DNA of 64,000 nt from a virus. Made by a program: the position numbers and the translations under genes. The notes under the pieces were generated by a model. That model had not been told where the DNA came from and did no database searches. It was given only the letters and a program-made list of their open reading frames with translations. Position 1 is the first letter of the stretch. Each line of letters starts with the position of its first letter. The stretch spans positions 1 through 64,000 of IMG/VR virus record IMGVR_UViG_3300036770_005287. One strand, given 5' to 3'. Positions 19,748-29,712 of this stretch are shown here, one piece after another.

Positions 19748-20475
19748 TTTGCCGCCGTCACTGAGCTGCTACAATCACTATGCGGCGCCCCGGTGTAAGC
19801 GCAGATATGATCGCCCGTTACCACGCCTTTGCCGCCGTTGAGCTTAATCTTATTGGCTGTAAGGTCCGCATCACCTTCGACTTTAATCACCAGCTTGCCG
19901 CCAACTTCTTCCAGGACATCGCCGCCAGTTGTCCGCCAGCTGTCTTGTTCAGCGTGCAAGACCAGGTGCCCGTCTTTGGTGATATGAAACGCGGTACCGG
20001 TGGCTTTATGTGTGACGCACCAGTCACCGCTTTGCGTCAGCTGCTGCAAAATGCCAAACAAGTCTGTTACCCGATCACCATATTGAGCGGCCGGCGCGGC
20101 CGGCTCAGTGCCGCTGCGTTTGTGGCTATATGCCTGCTTCATTAAGTCATCAGGTAAGTGGCTGGTACCATCTGGCGCTACATAGGCCGCGCCACAAATG
20201 AGCGGACAACGCGTATCGCCGGAATAGGGGAATTCAACCCACACCGGGGCGCCCTTTTGATAGGGCATCGCTTCAGCGCCGGCTGATTTTCCAGCGCCAG
20301 GGGATAGCACGTATTCGGCCCATGGCAGATCGCTATCGGGTATGTCATCCCACAGCGCAAGCAATCGCACTTGCGCCAGGTGCAGCGACTTTGGGTGCTT
20401 GTTATTGACCACCACAGCGCGGTACTTACCAAAAAGCCGGCCTGATGGATTTGAGCGGCCTTTATCAGTTTCCAT
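19744..20475 (-). CDS. Baseplate spike, gpV/P1 gp5-like
   Basis: OB-fold 'GKYRAVVV...LPWA...P..G..VWVEF..GD...P', beta-helix region and C-terminal 'CAYTGAPH'; ATG 20475. Confidence 0.8.
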   Translation of the reverse strand: METDKGRSNPSGRLFGKYRAVVVNNKHPKSLHLAQVRLLALWDDIPDSDLPWAEYVLSPGAGKSAGAEAMPYQKGAPVWVEFPYSGDTRCPLICGAAYVAPDGTSHLPDDLMKQAYSHKRSGTEPAAPAAQYGDRVTDLFGILQQLTQSGDWCVTHKATGTAFHITKDGHLVLHAEQDSWRTTGGDVLEEVGGKLVIKVEGDADLTANKIKLNGGKGVVTGDHICAYTGAPHSDCSSSVTAAK

Positions 20476-21442
20476 TGAGAACCCCAAACACAATACGGTT
20501 GATATAGCGCATGCCTTCGCTGTAATGGCACAGGCGCGTAATGACAAGGCGCGCTGCAATCGACTGATCGCGCTCAGCCGTGTCGCTGAATTTTACGATA
20601 TCGGTTTCAACCAACTGACCAGGCTGCAGCGTGCCAAGGCCCAAACTTTCGATATCAAGCGCGGGCAGCAAGTGCAGGGCCTGATTTTCCAGCCGGGCAG
20701 GGGGAATGCTGGCAACAATAATGCTCGGGCAATCGGCGTTGCTTCTGCTGTTGTGCATTTTCCCGAACTCATCGACACAATGAAATTGCCGGCGCAGCTG
20801 GCGGTCATAAACGGCCTTGTTATCGAGCGCGCGTGACGTGGCTACGTTTAAGCCCTTATCCGGGCTATTCCTGATAATTTTGGTCACAGGCTCAGCGGTA
20901 AAGAGCTTTTTGAGCGATTTGAAATAGACCTTGCCCCGGCAAACATAAACCGCGGCGCCATAGTCGCGCGCCATGGAAAACAGTAAGCTGCTGGGATTCA
21001 TGCCGACATTTAGGTGATACGTGCCAGGCTCTGAAAAATCCGTTTCAACCGGCAAACCTGGCAGGCACTGTGACAGGATAAAAGCCGGCGTTTTGTTCAC
21101 AAAAAAACGCGGCTTTGTGGCTGGTTGCTTGAGCTTGTGACAGGCCTCGCTAAAGGCGTCTACCGTAATGGCCTCGCCGTCTATTTTCGGCAGGCCAGCA
21201 ATAAAGCGCTCTTTAAAATTCACCGGCTTTTCTGATAAGACATCACTAAATTCGGCCTCAATAAGTGAACCACCTTTGAGGCCAAAATCATCACGGATCA
21301 CAGAACGTACATCACGTAGCTGCAGAGTGATCAGCGGCCCGGACGTGTCGGCACACTCAATGTAGTTGCTGCTGATAATGGCATCCTGCGTCACCAGGTT
21401 GCCATTGATAAAAAGCCGCTGCAGCCAGACGCGATCAGCCAT
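20465..21442 (-). CDS. Baseplate hub protein (P1 gp6-like)
   Basis: 325 aa immediately upstream of the spike; P1 order 24-6-5. Confidence 0.65.
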   Translation of the reverse strand: MADRVWLQRLFINGNLVTQDAIISSNYIECADTSGPLITLQLRDVRSVIRDDFGLKGGSLIEAEFSDVLSEKPVNFKERFIAGLPKIDGEAITVDAFSEACHKLKQPATKPRFFVNKTPAFILSQCLPGLPVETDFSEPGTYHLNVGMNPSSLLFSMARDYGAAVYVCRGKVYFKSLKKLFTAEPVTKIIRNSPDKGLNVATSRALDNKAVYDRQLRRQFHCVDEFGKMHNSRSNADCPSIIVASIPPARLENQALHLLPALDIESLGLGTLQPGQLVETDIVKFSDTAERDQSIAARLVITRLCHYSEGMRYINRIVFGVLNGN

Positions 21443-22184
21443 TAATCACCTCAGTACCAAACGTCGTTGTGGCGATAGTTTCAATAATCTCTTCGGCCAT
21501 GAGGAAATCGACATCGACCGTGACAGAGACTGACAGCATGCGCAGCCGGTCCTGCATAAATGACGCTGATTCATTGGCTGCCGTGGTCATGGGTCCATCG
21601 GAAAAGCGGCCGGCCGTGGCTATAGGGCAGCCCATCAGTTCGGTTTTGACCATAAGGGATTTGTCGGCGCGCTTATCGCGCAAATACATCAAAAATAAAG
21701 CCGCCAGCGGCGCTATATCCGCATCGTGAAAGCCGACTATATTCACCACATAGGTAAAGCTGGCAAGGCTTGACATGACGCGGGCAGCGGCCTTGCCGTC
21801 GTTATCTTCAATCACGGCCACTTCAGGTAAATCCGTGGATGCGTTCATAGACGGATCAGCAAAAGCAATGGACGGATCTCGCGTGACATACACAATGGGC
21901 AGCTGTGCCTTACCGGCATCGCTGTGATTCGCTTTTGACAGGTCAATCAGAAAGTTTTTCGGCGTGTCCCATTGGCCCAGCGCTATGGCGTCCTTTGGCG
22001 CTTTGGCTTTCCACGCGGCAATCGCAGAGCCTTGCGCGGCCATGATACGGGAAAGCACCCGGTAGACACGGTTAACTACTGCAGTATCGATGTCAGGGAA
22101 CGGCATTACAGCCAGGCCCGCGGGACGGCCGAGATCACCGCGCGTTGCTTCCGTGATTGATATATCAAACCGGTCAAAATTCAT
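21435..22184 (-). CDS. Tail completion protein (P1 gp24-like)
   Basis: 'LPIVYVTR' motif; synteny; ATG 22184 coupled to the upstream stop. Confidence 0.55.
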   Translation of the reverse strand: MNFDRFDISITEATRGDLGRPAGLAVMPFPDIDTAVVNRVYRVLSRIMAAQGSAIAAWKAKAPKDAIALGQWDTPKNFLIDLSKANHSDAGKAQLPIVYVTRDPSIAFADPSMNASTDLPEVAVIEDNDGKAAARVMSSLASFTYVVNIVGFHDADIAPLAALFLMYLRDKRADKSLMVKTELMGCPIATAGRFSDGPMTTAANESASFMQDRLRMLSVSVTVDVDFLMAEEIIETIATTTFGTEVING

Positions 22185-24313
22185 GCGTTTACTCCTGTAA
22201 AATCGCGCAGCGGGATCAGGTAATAGACAGCGCCGGCCGTTGTGGTACCAAGGCTGGTTGAATGGTGCACGTACCACCAGCTGCGCCGGGTGTTCCCGTC
22301 GCCTAAGTCATCTTCGAATTCGAGCGCGCTACCGGTCGGCACGTCGGTATCAACGCAAACCGTCAGATAGTCCTCATGCTCATTAATTAGGTTCTCGCCG
22401 GCCATATCCATATCAAATGGCATGCTTTCGCGCGGCCGCTCCAAGATGTAGCAAACCACCGGATCCGCGTATTCAGTCACTCGCTGATTCACGTCAGGCT
22501 GACTGAAAAGCGCATCATCCCGCCACTGATCCGGTTCAGGCGTCACCGGCGCCGCATCACGCACTACATAAAGCAAACCGGTAAAGCTGTCCGGACTTTG
22601 CCGCACAAACTCCTGCTGGTCCTGCTTGGTTTGATTGTTCCAGACGTAGTGGCCGCTATGGCGCAGCTTTTTAATCGCCTGGTTTGCCTTCCCGCCAGCC
22701 ATGAAATCGGCATTGAGCTGCAGGATTGAGCCGCCGACATAATTAAACTGCTGGTTGAATTGGCCGTTGACGATGAAGTCACAGGCAATAGGCAATAGTG
22801 AGCCTGCAACAATATGCTGGCCGTAATGAAGTTCACCGCCGGCAATCGTTTCGACAGATATGGTTATCTCGGCACCGCCGACATAGCGCTCCCGCTGCAT
22901 GACAACGCCGCCCGCCATGAAATCAGGCGACAACACATCGATGCTGCCCCCGGTATAGCGCTCTTTTTGGCTCACTGTACCGTCAGCAATGAAATCTGGC
23001 GCAACTGTCAGCATGGATCCACTGGTGTACGACTGCCCGGTGGACACAATGCCGCCAGCAGTGAAGTCAACAGCAATAACACTGATCACGCCGCCGGTAT
23101 AGCGCTCTTTCTGAGAAACCGCGCCACCGCTGGTAAAGTCTACAGATAATGATTCAATAGCGCCCTGGTTATACCGCTCCCGCTGCATCACAGTGCCGCC
23201 AGCAGTAAAATCAGCAGCCACGGAAAGCACTGATCCGCCCACATACGACTCACCTGATGATGAGATACCGCCAGCAATAAAATCAGCTGAGATTGTGGTT
23301 ATGGCGCCCTGGGTGAAATACTGGCGCTGCATAACGGTACCGCCGGCCATGAAATCCACCGAAACAGACTCGATTGCGCCCTGGGTGAAATACTGGCGCT
23401 GCATAACGGTACCGTCGGCCATAAAGTCGGACGAAACCGACTCGATTGCGCCCTGGGTGAAATGCTGGCGCTGCATAACGGTACCGCCGGCCATGAAATC
23501 CACCGAAACAGACTCGATAGCGCCTTGGCTGTATTGCTGGCGCTGCATGACTGCGCCACCAGCCATAAAATCAGGCGACAGCTGCTTAATCGTGCCTTGC
23601 GTATAGCGCTCCCGCTGCATCACAGCACCGCCAGTCATAAAATCGACTGGCAGTGTCAGGATGGTACCTGCAGTGTGGCGCTCAGGCTGCACAGTATCGT
23701 AATCAAGCCACCAGCTATTAGTCGGTGTGCCGGTATGGCCTGTTATCGTCAATAGCTCTGAGCTGTTTGATGATCCCCAGTTCACGCCGGATCCGGTGGC
23801 AGTCCCGTCGTTCCACTCTCCGATATAACTAGCGGATGCCAGTGTTCCTGCGCTTACCCGGTAAATTGTGATTGGGTTATATCGGGTAGTTGACCGCCCC
23901 AGGGCGTTTAACAGAGATGACCCCTGATTAATTGATCCGGTCCAAGACCCCATTGGGGCATTGTTGTAATAAAGCCGGACCTGCGCAGTAGTGCCTGAGC
24001 CGGTATCGTCATACTCAAAACGGATTTTGTCGCGTCTATCCAGCGCGCCAGTATTTGCCGGCCCTAATACCCTTACGGTCGAGCCAATAACAACCCTGGG
24101 CTCAAAGCTGGCAGTCAGGGATAAGCCTTGCGCTGCAGTTGACGTATGCCCGGCAATATAGCCGATGCCGTTATCTGACATTGCGTGTAGAGCAAACTCA
24201 ATCTCAATGAACGATGTCCCGCCAACCGCTGCGCCGGCGTTTGGAACAAAACTGGGCAGCGCTATATATGCGGATAGCCCCTGATTTAAGGTACTGAGCG
24301 CAAACTTAGCCAT
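22181..24313 (-). CDS. P1 gp7-like protein with an N-terminal lectin-like domain and 14 x 24-aa repeats
   Basis: C-terminal ~160 aa ('GH...N....D......SPDSF..LLY', 'WWYVH') resembles gp7; position 25-7-24. Confidence 0.6.
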   Translation of the reverse strand: MAKFALSTLNQGLSAYIALPSFVPNAGAAVGGTSFIEIEFALHAMSDNGIGYIAGHTSTAAQGLSLTASFEPRVVIGSTVRVLGPANTGALDRRDKIRFEYDDTGSGTTAQVRLYYNNAPMGSWTGSINQGSSLLNALGRSTTRYNPITIYRVSAGTLASASYIGEWNDGTATGSGVNWGSSNSSELLTITGHTGTPTNSWWLDYDTVQPERHTAGTILTLPVDFMTGGAVMQRERYTQGTIKQLSPDFMAGGAVMQRQQYSQGAIESVSVDFMAGGTVMQRQHFTQGAIESVSSDFMADGTVMQRQYFTQGAIESVSVDFMAGGTVMQRQYFTQGAITTISADFIAGGISSSGESYVGGSVLSVAADFTAGGTVMQRERYNQGAIESLSVDFTSGGAVSQKERYTGGVISVIAVDFTAGGIVSTGQSYTSGSMLTVAPDFIADGTVSQKERYTGGSIDVLSPDFMAGGVVMQRERYVGGAEITISVETIAGGELHYGQHIVAGSLLPIACDFIVNGQFNQQFNYVGGSILQLNADFMAGGKANQAIKKLRHSGHYVWNNQTKQDQQEFVRQSPDSFTGLLYVVRDAAPVTPEPDQWRDDALFSQPDVNQRVTEYADPVVCYILERPRESMPFDMDMAGENLINEHEDYLTVCVDTDVPTGSALEFEDDLGDGNTRRSWWYVHHSTSLGTTTAGAVYYLIPLRDFTGVNA
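22676..23683 (-). repeat. 14 in-frame tandem repeats, 72-nt period (consensus ERYTQGAIESVSVDFMAGGTVMQR)
   Basis: Period checked in DNA (tactggcgct at 23319 and 23391); 14 units counted in the protein. Confidence 0.9.
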
Positions 24314-25044
24314 TAGACCGCCTCAAAATTTCCGGCCACCGCATAAAACTCACCGCGGCAGCGGTATTCCCGGTATTGCAGCCCGCGAATATTCAAATCG
24401 CACTTGTAAAGCCCGGCTTCATGCACAAAGAACCGTTTATCAAGCTGCCATTGCGTCCAATTGACACCATCCGCACTTTCGCGAACTTCAACTAAGACGC
24501 CTGAGCGCTCAGGCAGAGATACCTGCAGGTTTAGCAAAATGGCTGTCCTGCCATTGCCAGCGGCTTTCACAAAGTCACCCACGTTAACGCGGGCCGGTTC
24601 GCGCACTTCCACAACATCGCGCAGCGTGAGATCAGGCCATACAGCAAATTCACGCGTTGCCAGCTTCAAAAATTTATTGCGCCAGGCTTCTGTGATAATG
24701 CCAACGGCAACCGCTGCATCAAGCGCCTGCTCATGCTCAGGCAATCCCAGGTGAATAACGAAGCGATCACTATTGAGATACGACGGCTCAAATCCAGCTC
24801 TTAACTTTTGCAAAATCGCCTGCTGAGCCGCCAGCGGCAACGGCGAATCTTTTGGCACGAAGGTATCAAGCTGGTCGCGCAAGCCATCGCCCAAAATCTC
24901 GGTGATCTCAGGCACAACATCAGGCAATAACCGGTCAACCATCTTCACTTTTTGCGCCTTTAACAGCTCAAAGCAGCCATTTGAAGAAATACCGGCGTAT
25001 TGCGGCTTTGCCAACTCATCGATAAGCGCTTGTGTGACGGCCAT
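24313..25044 (-). CDS. Hypothetical virion-associated protein
   Basis: 243-aa ORF coupled to the fibre-like gene. Confidence 0.6.
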   Translation of the reverse strand: MAVTQALIDELAKPQYAGISSNGCFELLKAQKVKMVDRLLPDVVPEITEILGDGLRDQLDTFVPKDSPLPLAAQQAILQKLRAGFEPSYLNSDRFVIHLGLPEHEQALDAAVAVGIITEAWRNKFLKLATREFAVWPDLTLRDVVEVREPARVNVGDFVKAAGNGRTAILLNLQVSLPERSGVLVEVRESADGVNWTQWQLDKRFFVHEAGLYKCDLNIRGLQYREYRCRGEFYAVAGNFEAV

Positions 25045-25090
25045 TACAAATCTCCAACGGTTAGAAAAGGGAAAAGGGCGTTATGCGCCC

Positions 25091-25432
25091 TTATGGAATC
25101 TGTAAGCCTGTGGTGGCAGCTGGACAGGTGTAAGTCGCGTCGTCTACAACAATTGTTGGCTGCAGTGACAGTGTGCTATAGCCCAAAAATGCCGCGTTAT
25201 TCCAAAAGCCGATCGCTTTGGGCGCATGGCCTGGTCCCAGGTTAAACACTGCATCAGCGCTTAAAAGACGCTTACGCGCGGCCGCAGCAGCTAACGTCAT
25301 CGGCAGGCGGCCATAATCGTGACCGGTCAATTCACTGGCACCGCCAGCAGGTGCCACAACGCTGTGTAGTGATACGTGTGTGACGGTCAGTGCATTTAAC
25401 ATCTGATGCACGGTTGAATCTTCAAGAGCCAT
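25091..25432 (-). CDS. Small fibre-associated structural protein
   Basis: 'VSLHS......SEL.G..Y.R' motif typical of small proteins preceding phage fibre genes. Confidence 0.5.
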   Translation of the reverse strand: MALEDSTVHQMLNALTVTHVSLHSVVAPAGGASELTGHDYGRLPMTLAAAAARKRLLSADAVFNLGPGHAPKAIGFWNNAAFLGYSTLSLQPTIVVDDATYTCPAATTGLQIP

Positions 25433-25446
25433 AGGTACCTCTGTAG

Positions 25447-26661
25447 TTATTGAATAATTGAATTGAACTGCTCAGCGGTCATCCCGACCTTGTTGGCCAC
25501 CATGGCGCGGATCTCGCTATCGCTTTTCCCGGCGGCCGTGTGGATATCCTTGAAAACTTGATAAAGCTGCTTCGCCAGATCGCGGTTAAGCTGCGTAGCA
25601 ACGTCGTACTTTTGTTGTGTTTGGGCTTTTGAGGCTTCAGCTGCTGCTGCCCGCTCTTCAGCGGCCTGCAGCTTTTTGCGGGCCTTGGTGGCTTGCTGGC
25701 GGGCTTTTTCAATGGCAGCCTTTGATGTCGCCAGTTTTTTCGATAGCGCTTCTTGCCGGCGCTGGTACCGGGCGAATTCAGCGATAGCCCTGGTCTGGTC
25801 AATGGGCGTTTTTGCCACCTTGTCCATTTTTTTGACGGCTTTGTCGTCCACGATGATTTTGCGACTGTCACCGAACCCAACCTTGTTGGCCTGGCGTTCC
25901 ATGGCAGTGACAAAGAGTTTCTGAAACGCGGCTGTAGCGCTCTTATTGAGGACGTGCAGGACGTGTTTGCACGCCACGCCGGTCATTTGAGGATTTCGGA
26001 TTTTCGCCGGGGAAAACTCTTTCGGCGGCGCCAGGCAATAGTTGCCGACAGTAGCCAGATACCGGTACCAGTACTGATGCCGGCCACAATCACAGGCAAT
26101 TGAGATCCGGCCGTTTAAGGCCGCCTTGGCCGCCTTGGCATAGCCCTTATCCGGATGCGCATTCATCAGCGCATCGTCCCATTCTTCGAATCGCAGCTTT
26201 ACCTGGTGCGCCTCGTACCCGTGCGCATCAGATGCTTTGACGCGATATGTCACGACATTGCTTTGAATGGCGACAATGGCCGCCTGCCGGATCCCGGTAC
26301 CGTCTGACACCTGGTTGTTTGCACGCTTGATATCGATTTCGCGGCTGCCCGCAATGATTTGCGCCAGCGTGATCCCGGCCGTTTTCGAATCAAACTGCTT
26401 TTGAAATTGGCGCCGGCGCTTTTCGAGCGCCAACAGATCAGCCCTGGTAAATGGCGTGCCGTCTTCTTTTTGACCGAGTTTGGCAAGATCTGCAGGGGAT
26501 TTGCGGCGCAGCATGCCGGGCGTGATAGTGCGATATGCTGATTTTCGCCGGTTGTTCTGGTCCTTGCGGATTTGCTCGAAGAGCTTCACAAAATCGCGCT
26601 GTGAAAGCCCCTCGACCTTATACCGGCCGTTGTCTAACTTCTCAAAGGCGGATGCCATCAC
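25447..26661 (-). CDS. P1 gp25-like protein with SWIM-type zinc finger
   Basis: 'CDCGRHQYWYRY...GVACKH' motif; coiled-coil C-terminus. Confidence 0.75.
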   Translation of the reverse strand: MMASAFEKLDNGRYKVEGLSQRDFVKLFEQIRKDQNNRRKSAYRTITPGMLRRKSPADLAKLGQKEDGTPFTRADLLALEKRRRQFQKQFDSKTAGITLAQIIAGSREIDIKRANNQVSDGTGIRQAAIVAIQSNVVTYRVKASDAHGYEAHQVKLRFEEWDDALMNAHPDKGYAKAAKAALNGRISIACDCGRHQYWYRYLATVGNYCLAPPKEFSPAKIRNPQMTGVACKHVLHVLNKSATAAFQKLFVTAMERQANKVGFGDSRKIIVDDKAVKKMDKVAKTPIDQTRAIAEFARYQRRQEALSKKLATSKAAIEKARQQATKARKKLQAAEERAAAAEASKAQTQQKYDVATQLNRDLAKQLYQVFKDIHTAAGKSDSEIRAMVANKVGMTAEQFNSIIQ

Positions 26662-26956
26662 GGACCTCGCGGATCACCTGATGCACCACCGATAACGGAG
26701 GCAGGCGCACACTAAAGCCAACGGGCAAACCAGCTAACGAATCATCGATATCGCAGACCAGCAACAGCAACCAGGCCAGCTCATAGGCACCATAGGCGCG
26801 ATAAGCAGCCAGGTCTGCGCGCAGCGCCTCATCCTGGCGGATTTCGTATTCAATGGCGGCATTCGCTGGATCTGCTAAATACGACAGCAGGCGCCGATAC
26901 ACTTCTGTCCGCCTGATGTCATCAGTGATTTCAATGGAAGGAACAAGCCGGCTCAT
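26642..26956 (-). CDS. Baseplate protein P1 gp26-like (T4 gp53/LysM-like)
   Basis: 'YEIRQDEALRADLAAYRAYG..EL.W' motif. Confidence 0.75.
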   Translation of the reverse strand: MSRLVPSIEITDDIRRTEVYRRLLSYLADPANAAIEYEIRQDEALRADLAAYRAYGAYELAWLLLLVCDIDDSLAGLPVGFSVRLPPLSVVHQVIREVRDGIRL

Positions 26957-27498
26957 AAGACAAAGCCCCGGCCACGGCCGCCAGCTGATTGCAGTGCGTT
27001 AAAATGCGCCCAGTAGCTCTGCTGGAAATTCATTTCTAAGGTTTGATGATGGTGCGCGTGATAGCACATCAACAGCAGCGCCTGCTGTTCAGGCCGCCAG
27101 TTTTCCCAGTCGATAATATAACTGGTCTTACCGGCGCCATCCGTTACCGGCGCAACGGTCGTTTCGTTGATATCAACAGGCGTCACGTCTTTGTAGCGAA
27201 TAAGGCGATTGCCCTGCAGGTATCGGTAAGCCGCCAGTGCAGCCAACAACCGGGGAGCGCCTGTGCCGGCGTCCACTTCTGATAATGGCGTTTTGAGCAC
27301 AACAAAGGGATAACTTAGGTTGTGCGTATCGATCGCAACGACAAAGCCGCGCGCCCGCAAATCAGCCAGGTCCTTTTCTAAGTCTCGGGTAGTTTTCAGC
27401 CGCTCATTTTTGGCAATGAGTAATACGCCGTTTTTTACAGCGCCTTGCATCAGCGTTATGCCGCCATTAATACACGCAACAGCTAATTTTTTATCCAA
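26953..27498 (-). CDS. Hypothetical protein leading the baseplate operon
   Basis: 181 aa, coupled to the gp26-like gene. Confidence 0.55.
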   Translation of the reverse strand: MDKKLAVACINGGITLMQGAVKNGVLLIAKNERLKTTRDLEKDLADLRARGFVVAIDTHNLSYPFVVLKTPLSEVDAGTGAPRLLAALAAYRYLQGNRLIRYKDVTPVDINETTVAPVTDGAGKTSYIIDWENWRPEQQALLLMCYHAHHHQTLEMNFQQSYWAHFNALQSAGGRGRGFVL

Positions 27499-27569
27499 GC
27501 GTTCCCCCGACTGGCTACTGAGCCATTATGCCGGTGGCGCTAATTTTCGGATCCACTTTAAATCTATTT

Positions 27570-27581
27570 AACGTTAGGATA
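27570..27581 (+). promoter_or_regulatory. AACGTTAGGATA motif
   Basis: Exact copy upstream of the baseplate operon. Confidence 0.7.
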
Positions 27582-27913
27582 AAAAAACCCGCTAAAGCGG
27601 TTAGCAATAGCGGGCTCTGTAAAAACTACAGCAGGTTGTTGCACAGCATCACGGGTAAGAACAACTGTCAGGCAACAGTCGCGCCGGCATTGTACGGCAA
27701 TCTTTCTGCAGTGCGCAACGTGTTTAAGCCGCATTATTCCCGTGCTTTGCGTCGAACTCAGCCAGCGATATCGGCACGCGTTTGCTCAGTGCTGACTCTA
27801 GCCTGGTGGCTTGTGTCAGACTGATCCCGAGCTGATTAGCAGCCACAGACAGCGGTGCCCCACTAATTAACACGCTCAGGAACTGCCTTTTTTGTTCCTT
27901 TGTCAGCTTTTTA

Positions 27914-28267
27914 TTACTGTTCAACGTTAGGATAAACGCGGGCGGAAAAATAACTGAAAAGTCCGCGGCATGCCCGATCAAAGGCCTCAAAAACAATGTT
28001 TTGCTCTGGCTTTTCGGCAGCGCGCTTGAGCAGTACCAGATAGCGCCGGCCCGGCTTCTTTGCCTCAGTCATATACCGCTTTGTCCGCTGTATACCATAG
28101 ATGATATTTTTAGCTGTCACCCGGTCGATTTGCTCATACGGGCAGCCATCTTGTTTAAATAGTTCCAGGATATCTTTGCTTTCGTATCGACGGCCAATTT
28201 CCAGCTGCGACACCACCCAGCCAACGCGGCCAGGCCCTACTCGTTTCATCCGGTTTTTACGTTCCAA
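27914..28267 (-). CDS. Hypothetical basic protein
   Basis: 117-aa ORF; followed by a small, uncertain HTH-like ORF (27724..27996). Confidence 0.45.
   Translation of the reverse strand: MERKNRMKRVGPGRVGWVVSQLEIGRRYESKDILELFKQDGCPYEQIDRVTAKNIIYGIQRTKRYMTEAKKPGRRYLVLLKRAAEKPEQNIVFEAFDRACRGLFSYFSARVYPNVEQ
27923..27934 (+). promoter_or_regulatory. AACGTTAGGATA motif
   Basis: Exact copy at the 3' end of ORF 27914..28267. Confidence 0.65.
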
Positions 28268-28352
28268 AACCCACCCCTCAGCAGAAAATGCAACACTGTC
28301 CCGAGCTGGCAGAGATCCGCCAGCCGGTTAAGGATATCAGCAATTTTCAGGG

Positions 28353-28643
28353 TCAGTAATGGTATCGGCACTGCACAATTGTTAAGCAGCCGGATTCAAC
28401 CTGGTATACCAAGCGATCAGCATGTGTGATACGCCGGGACCAGAAGCCAGACAAGTCGCCTTTGAGCGGTTCTGGCTTGCCCGTACCTGTGAATGGTGTC
28501 CGCAAACACTCTTCAATCAGCCGGTTAATTTTGTTCAGTATTTCAATGTCAAATTGCTGCCAGTGTAAATAATCATCCCAGGCATCATCGGACCAACAAA
28601 TACTTGTATTAGCTACCGCCAGCGCGGCCTTTTTCTTGCTCAT
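28353..28643 (-). CDS. yoeB: YoeB/Txe family toxin
   Basis: 'AWDDYLHWQ...KINRLI...R.PF.GTGKPEPLKGDLSGFWSRRI..ADRLVY...CRYHY'. Confidence 0.92.
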   Translation of the reverse strand: MSKKKAALAVANTSICWSDDAWDDYLHWQQFDIEILNKINRLIEECLRTPFTGTGKPEPLKGDLSGFWSRRITHADRLVYQVESGCLTIVQCRYHY

Positions 28644-28893
28644 GTTGATAAAGCTCTTTGGTTTTAGCTTTACCAGCCCGGACCTGAGCGATAGAACGGC
28701 GCAGTCTTTCCGCATTATGGGCACTGCCCAACAGGTGCAGTGTTTCATTAATGCTGTTGTAGTCATCCAGACTAAGGATAACCACTGGATCTGCAGATTG
28801 GCGCGTAACCATCAGTGGCGCATGGTCGGCGCAAACCTCGTCCATCACTGTCTTTAAGCTGGCTCTAGCATCGCTATAAGACATTTGACGCAT
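28609..28893 (-). CDS. yefM: YefM/Phd family antitoxin
   Basis: 'MSYSDARASLKTVMD.V..DH.P..VTRQ....VVILSLDDYNSINETLHLL'; ATG 28893. Confidence 0.92.
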   Translation of the reverse strand: MRQMSYSDARASLKTVMDEVCADHAPLMVTRQSADPVVILSLDDYNSINETLHLLGSAHNAERLRRSIAQVRAGKAKTKELYQHEQEKGRAGGS

Positions 28894-28921
28894 TTTCAAC
28901 TTCCCCTCTCTCTTATGCGAC

Positions 28922-28945
28922 TCATTGTACAATATCTTGCACAAT
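28922..28945. promoter_or_regulatory. yefM-yoeB autorepression operator
   Basis: TGTACA (28926-31) and TGCACA (28938-43) cores 12 bp apart upstream of yefM, matching the E. coli yefM operator layout. Confidence 0.7.
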
Positions 28946-28954
28946 GCTGGTAGC

Positions 28955-29587
28955 TTAAAATTTAATCCCGTCGATTAATTTATCAACATCACTGAGGAAC
29001 GTGCGCAGATAGTGATCCGTTGACGATAACGACGCCTGGCCTAAGCTATCACGGACCTGGTGAATGGCGGCGCCATTTTTAACCATGGCAAGGGCAAAGG
29101 ATTTGCGGAAACTGTGCGTACTGAGCTGGTAATCAAGGCGCAGATCACAAGCGGCTTTTTTCAGCAGCAAATTCACCATCTGGCAGGTGTAAGGCTGACC
29201 AGGGCGAACATTGGATTCGAAAACCAGCTTTTTGCCGGCGTTGATATGGGCCGCGTCTTCAATGACCGCCCGGCACTGCTCATTTAAGTGCACAGTGAGT
29301 TTTGCCACTGCGCGGGCCGCGGCGTGCGACTTCCCTGCAGCCTGGCTTTTTGAATAAATTTTCTGCTGAATTATGATGACCGAGCTTCTAATCACGCCAT
29401 TGACGATCACGTCTTCAAACTTGATTTGACTGGCGTCACTGTAGCGCAGTCCGGTCAGCGCCATGAATTCGAGCATGAGCGCGATAATCGGATTTGCCTG
29501 GTCAACGTGTTGGATGATTTTACGAAGTTGCCGGCCATCGCGTGCCGGGTATGCCTGCTTTGCTGCCATAAAGCCCCCTTTTGGCAA
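28955..29587 (-). CDS. Short tyrosine recombinase (catalytic domain only, ~205-210 aa)
   Basis: TGLR (R), HSFR (HxxR), LGQ and HY (Tyr nucleophile) motifs. Confidence 0.88.
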   Translation of the reverse strand: MPKGGFMAAKQAYPARDGRQLRKIIQHVDQANPIIALMLEFMALTGLRYSDASQIKFEDVIVNGVIRSSVIIIQQKIYSKSQAAGKSHAAARAVAKLTVHLNEQCRAVIEDAAHINAGKKLVFESNVRPGQPYTCQMVNLLLKKAACDLRLDYQLSTHSFRKSFALAMVKNGAAIHQVRDSLGQASLSSTDHYLRTFLSDVDKLIDGIKF

Positions 29588-29712
29588 AATACTGATTTTT
29601 CGCTGCCATTCATGCCGGTTTGCCCCTCAACAAAACAGCTTGCAGCAATTGATTGTAACACGTTGATTTAGTTACATATTATGCACCGTCACAGGCTTTT
29701 TAAATAGCCTTT

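Noticed and set aside
22676-23683. Regular repeats as a possible CRISPR array or DGR
   Set aside because: In-frame 72-nt coding repeats without unique spacers; no cas or reverse transcriptase genes.
29666-29688. dif- or Ter-like sequence (minus strand GGTGCATAATATGTAACTAAAT)
   Set aside because: Too short for the 11-6-11 dif layout and only a partial match to the Ter core; single copy.
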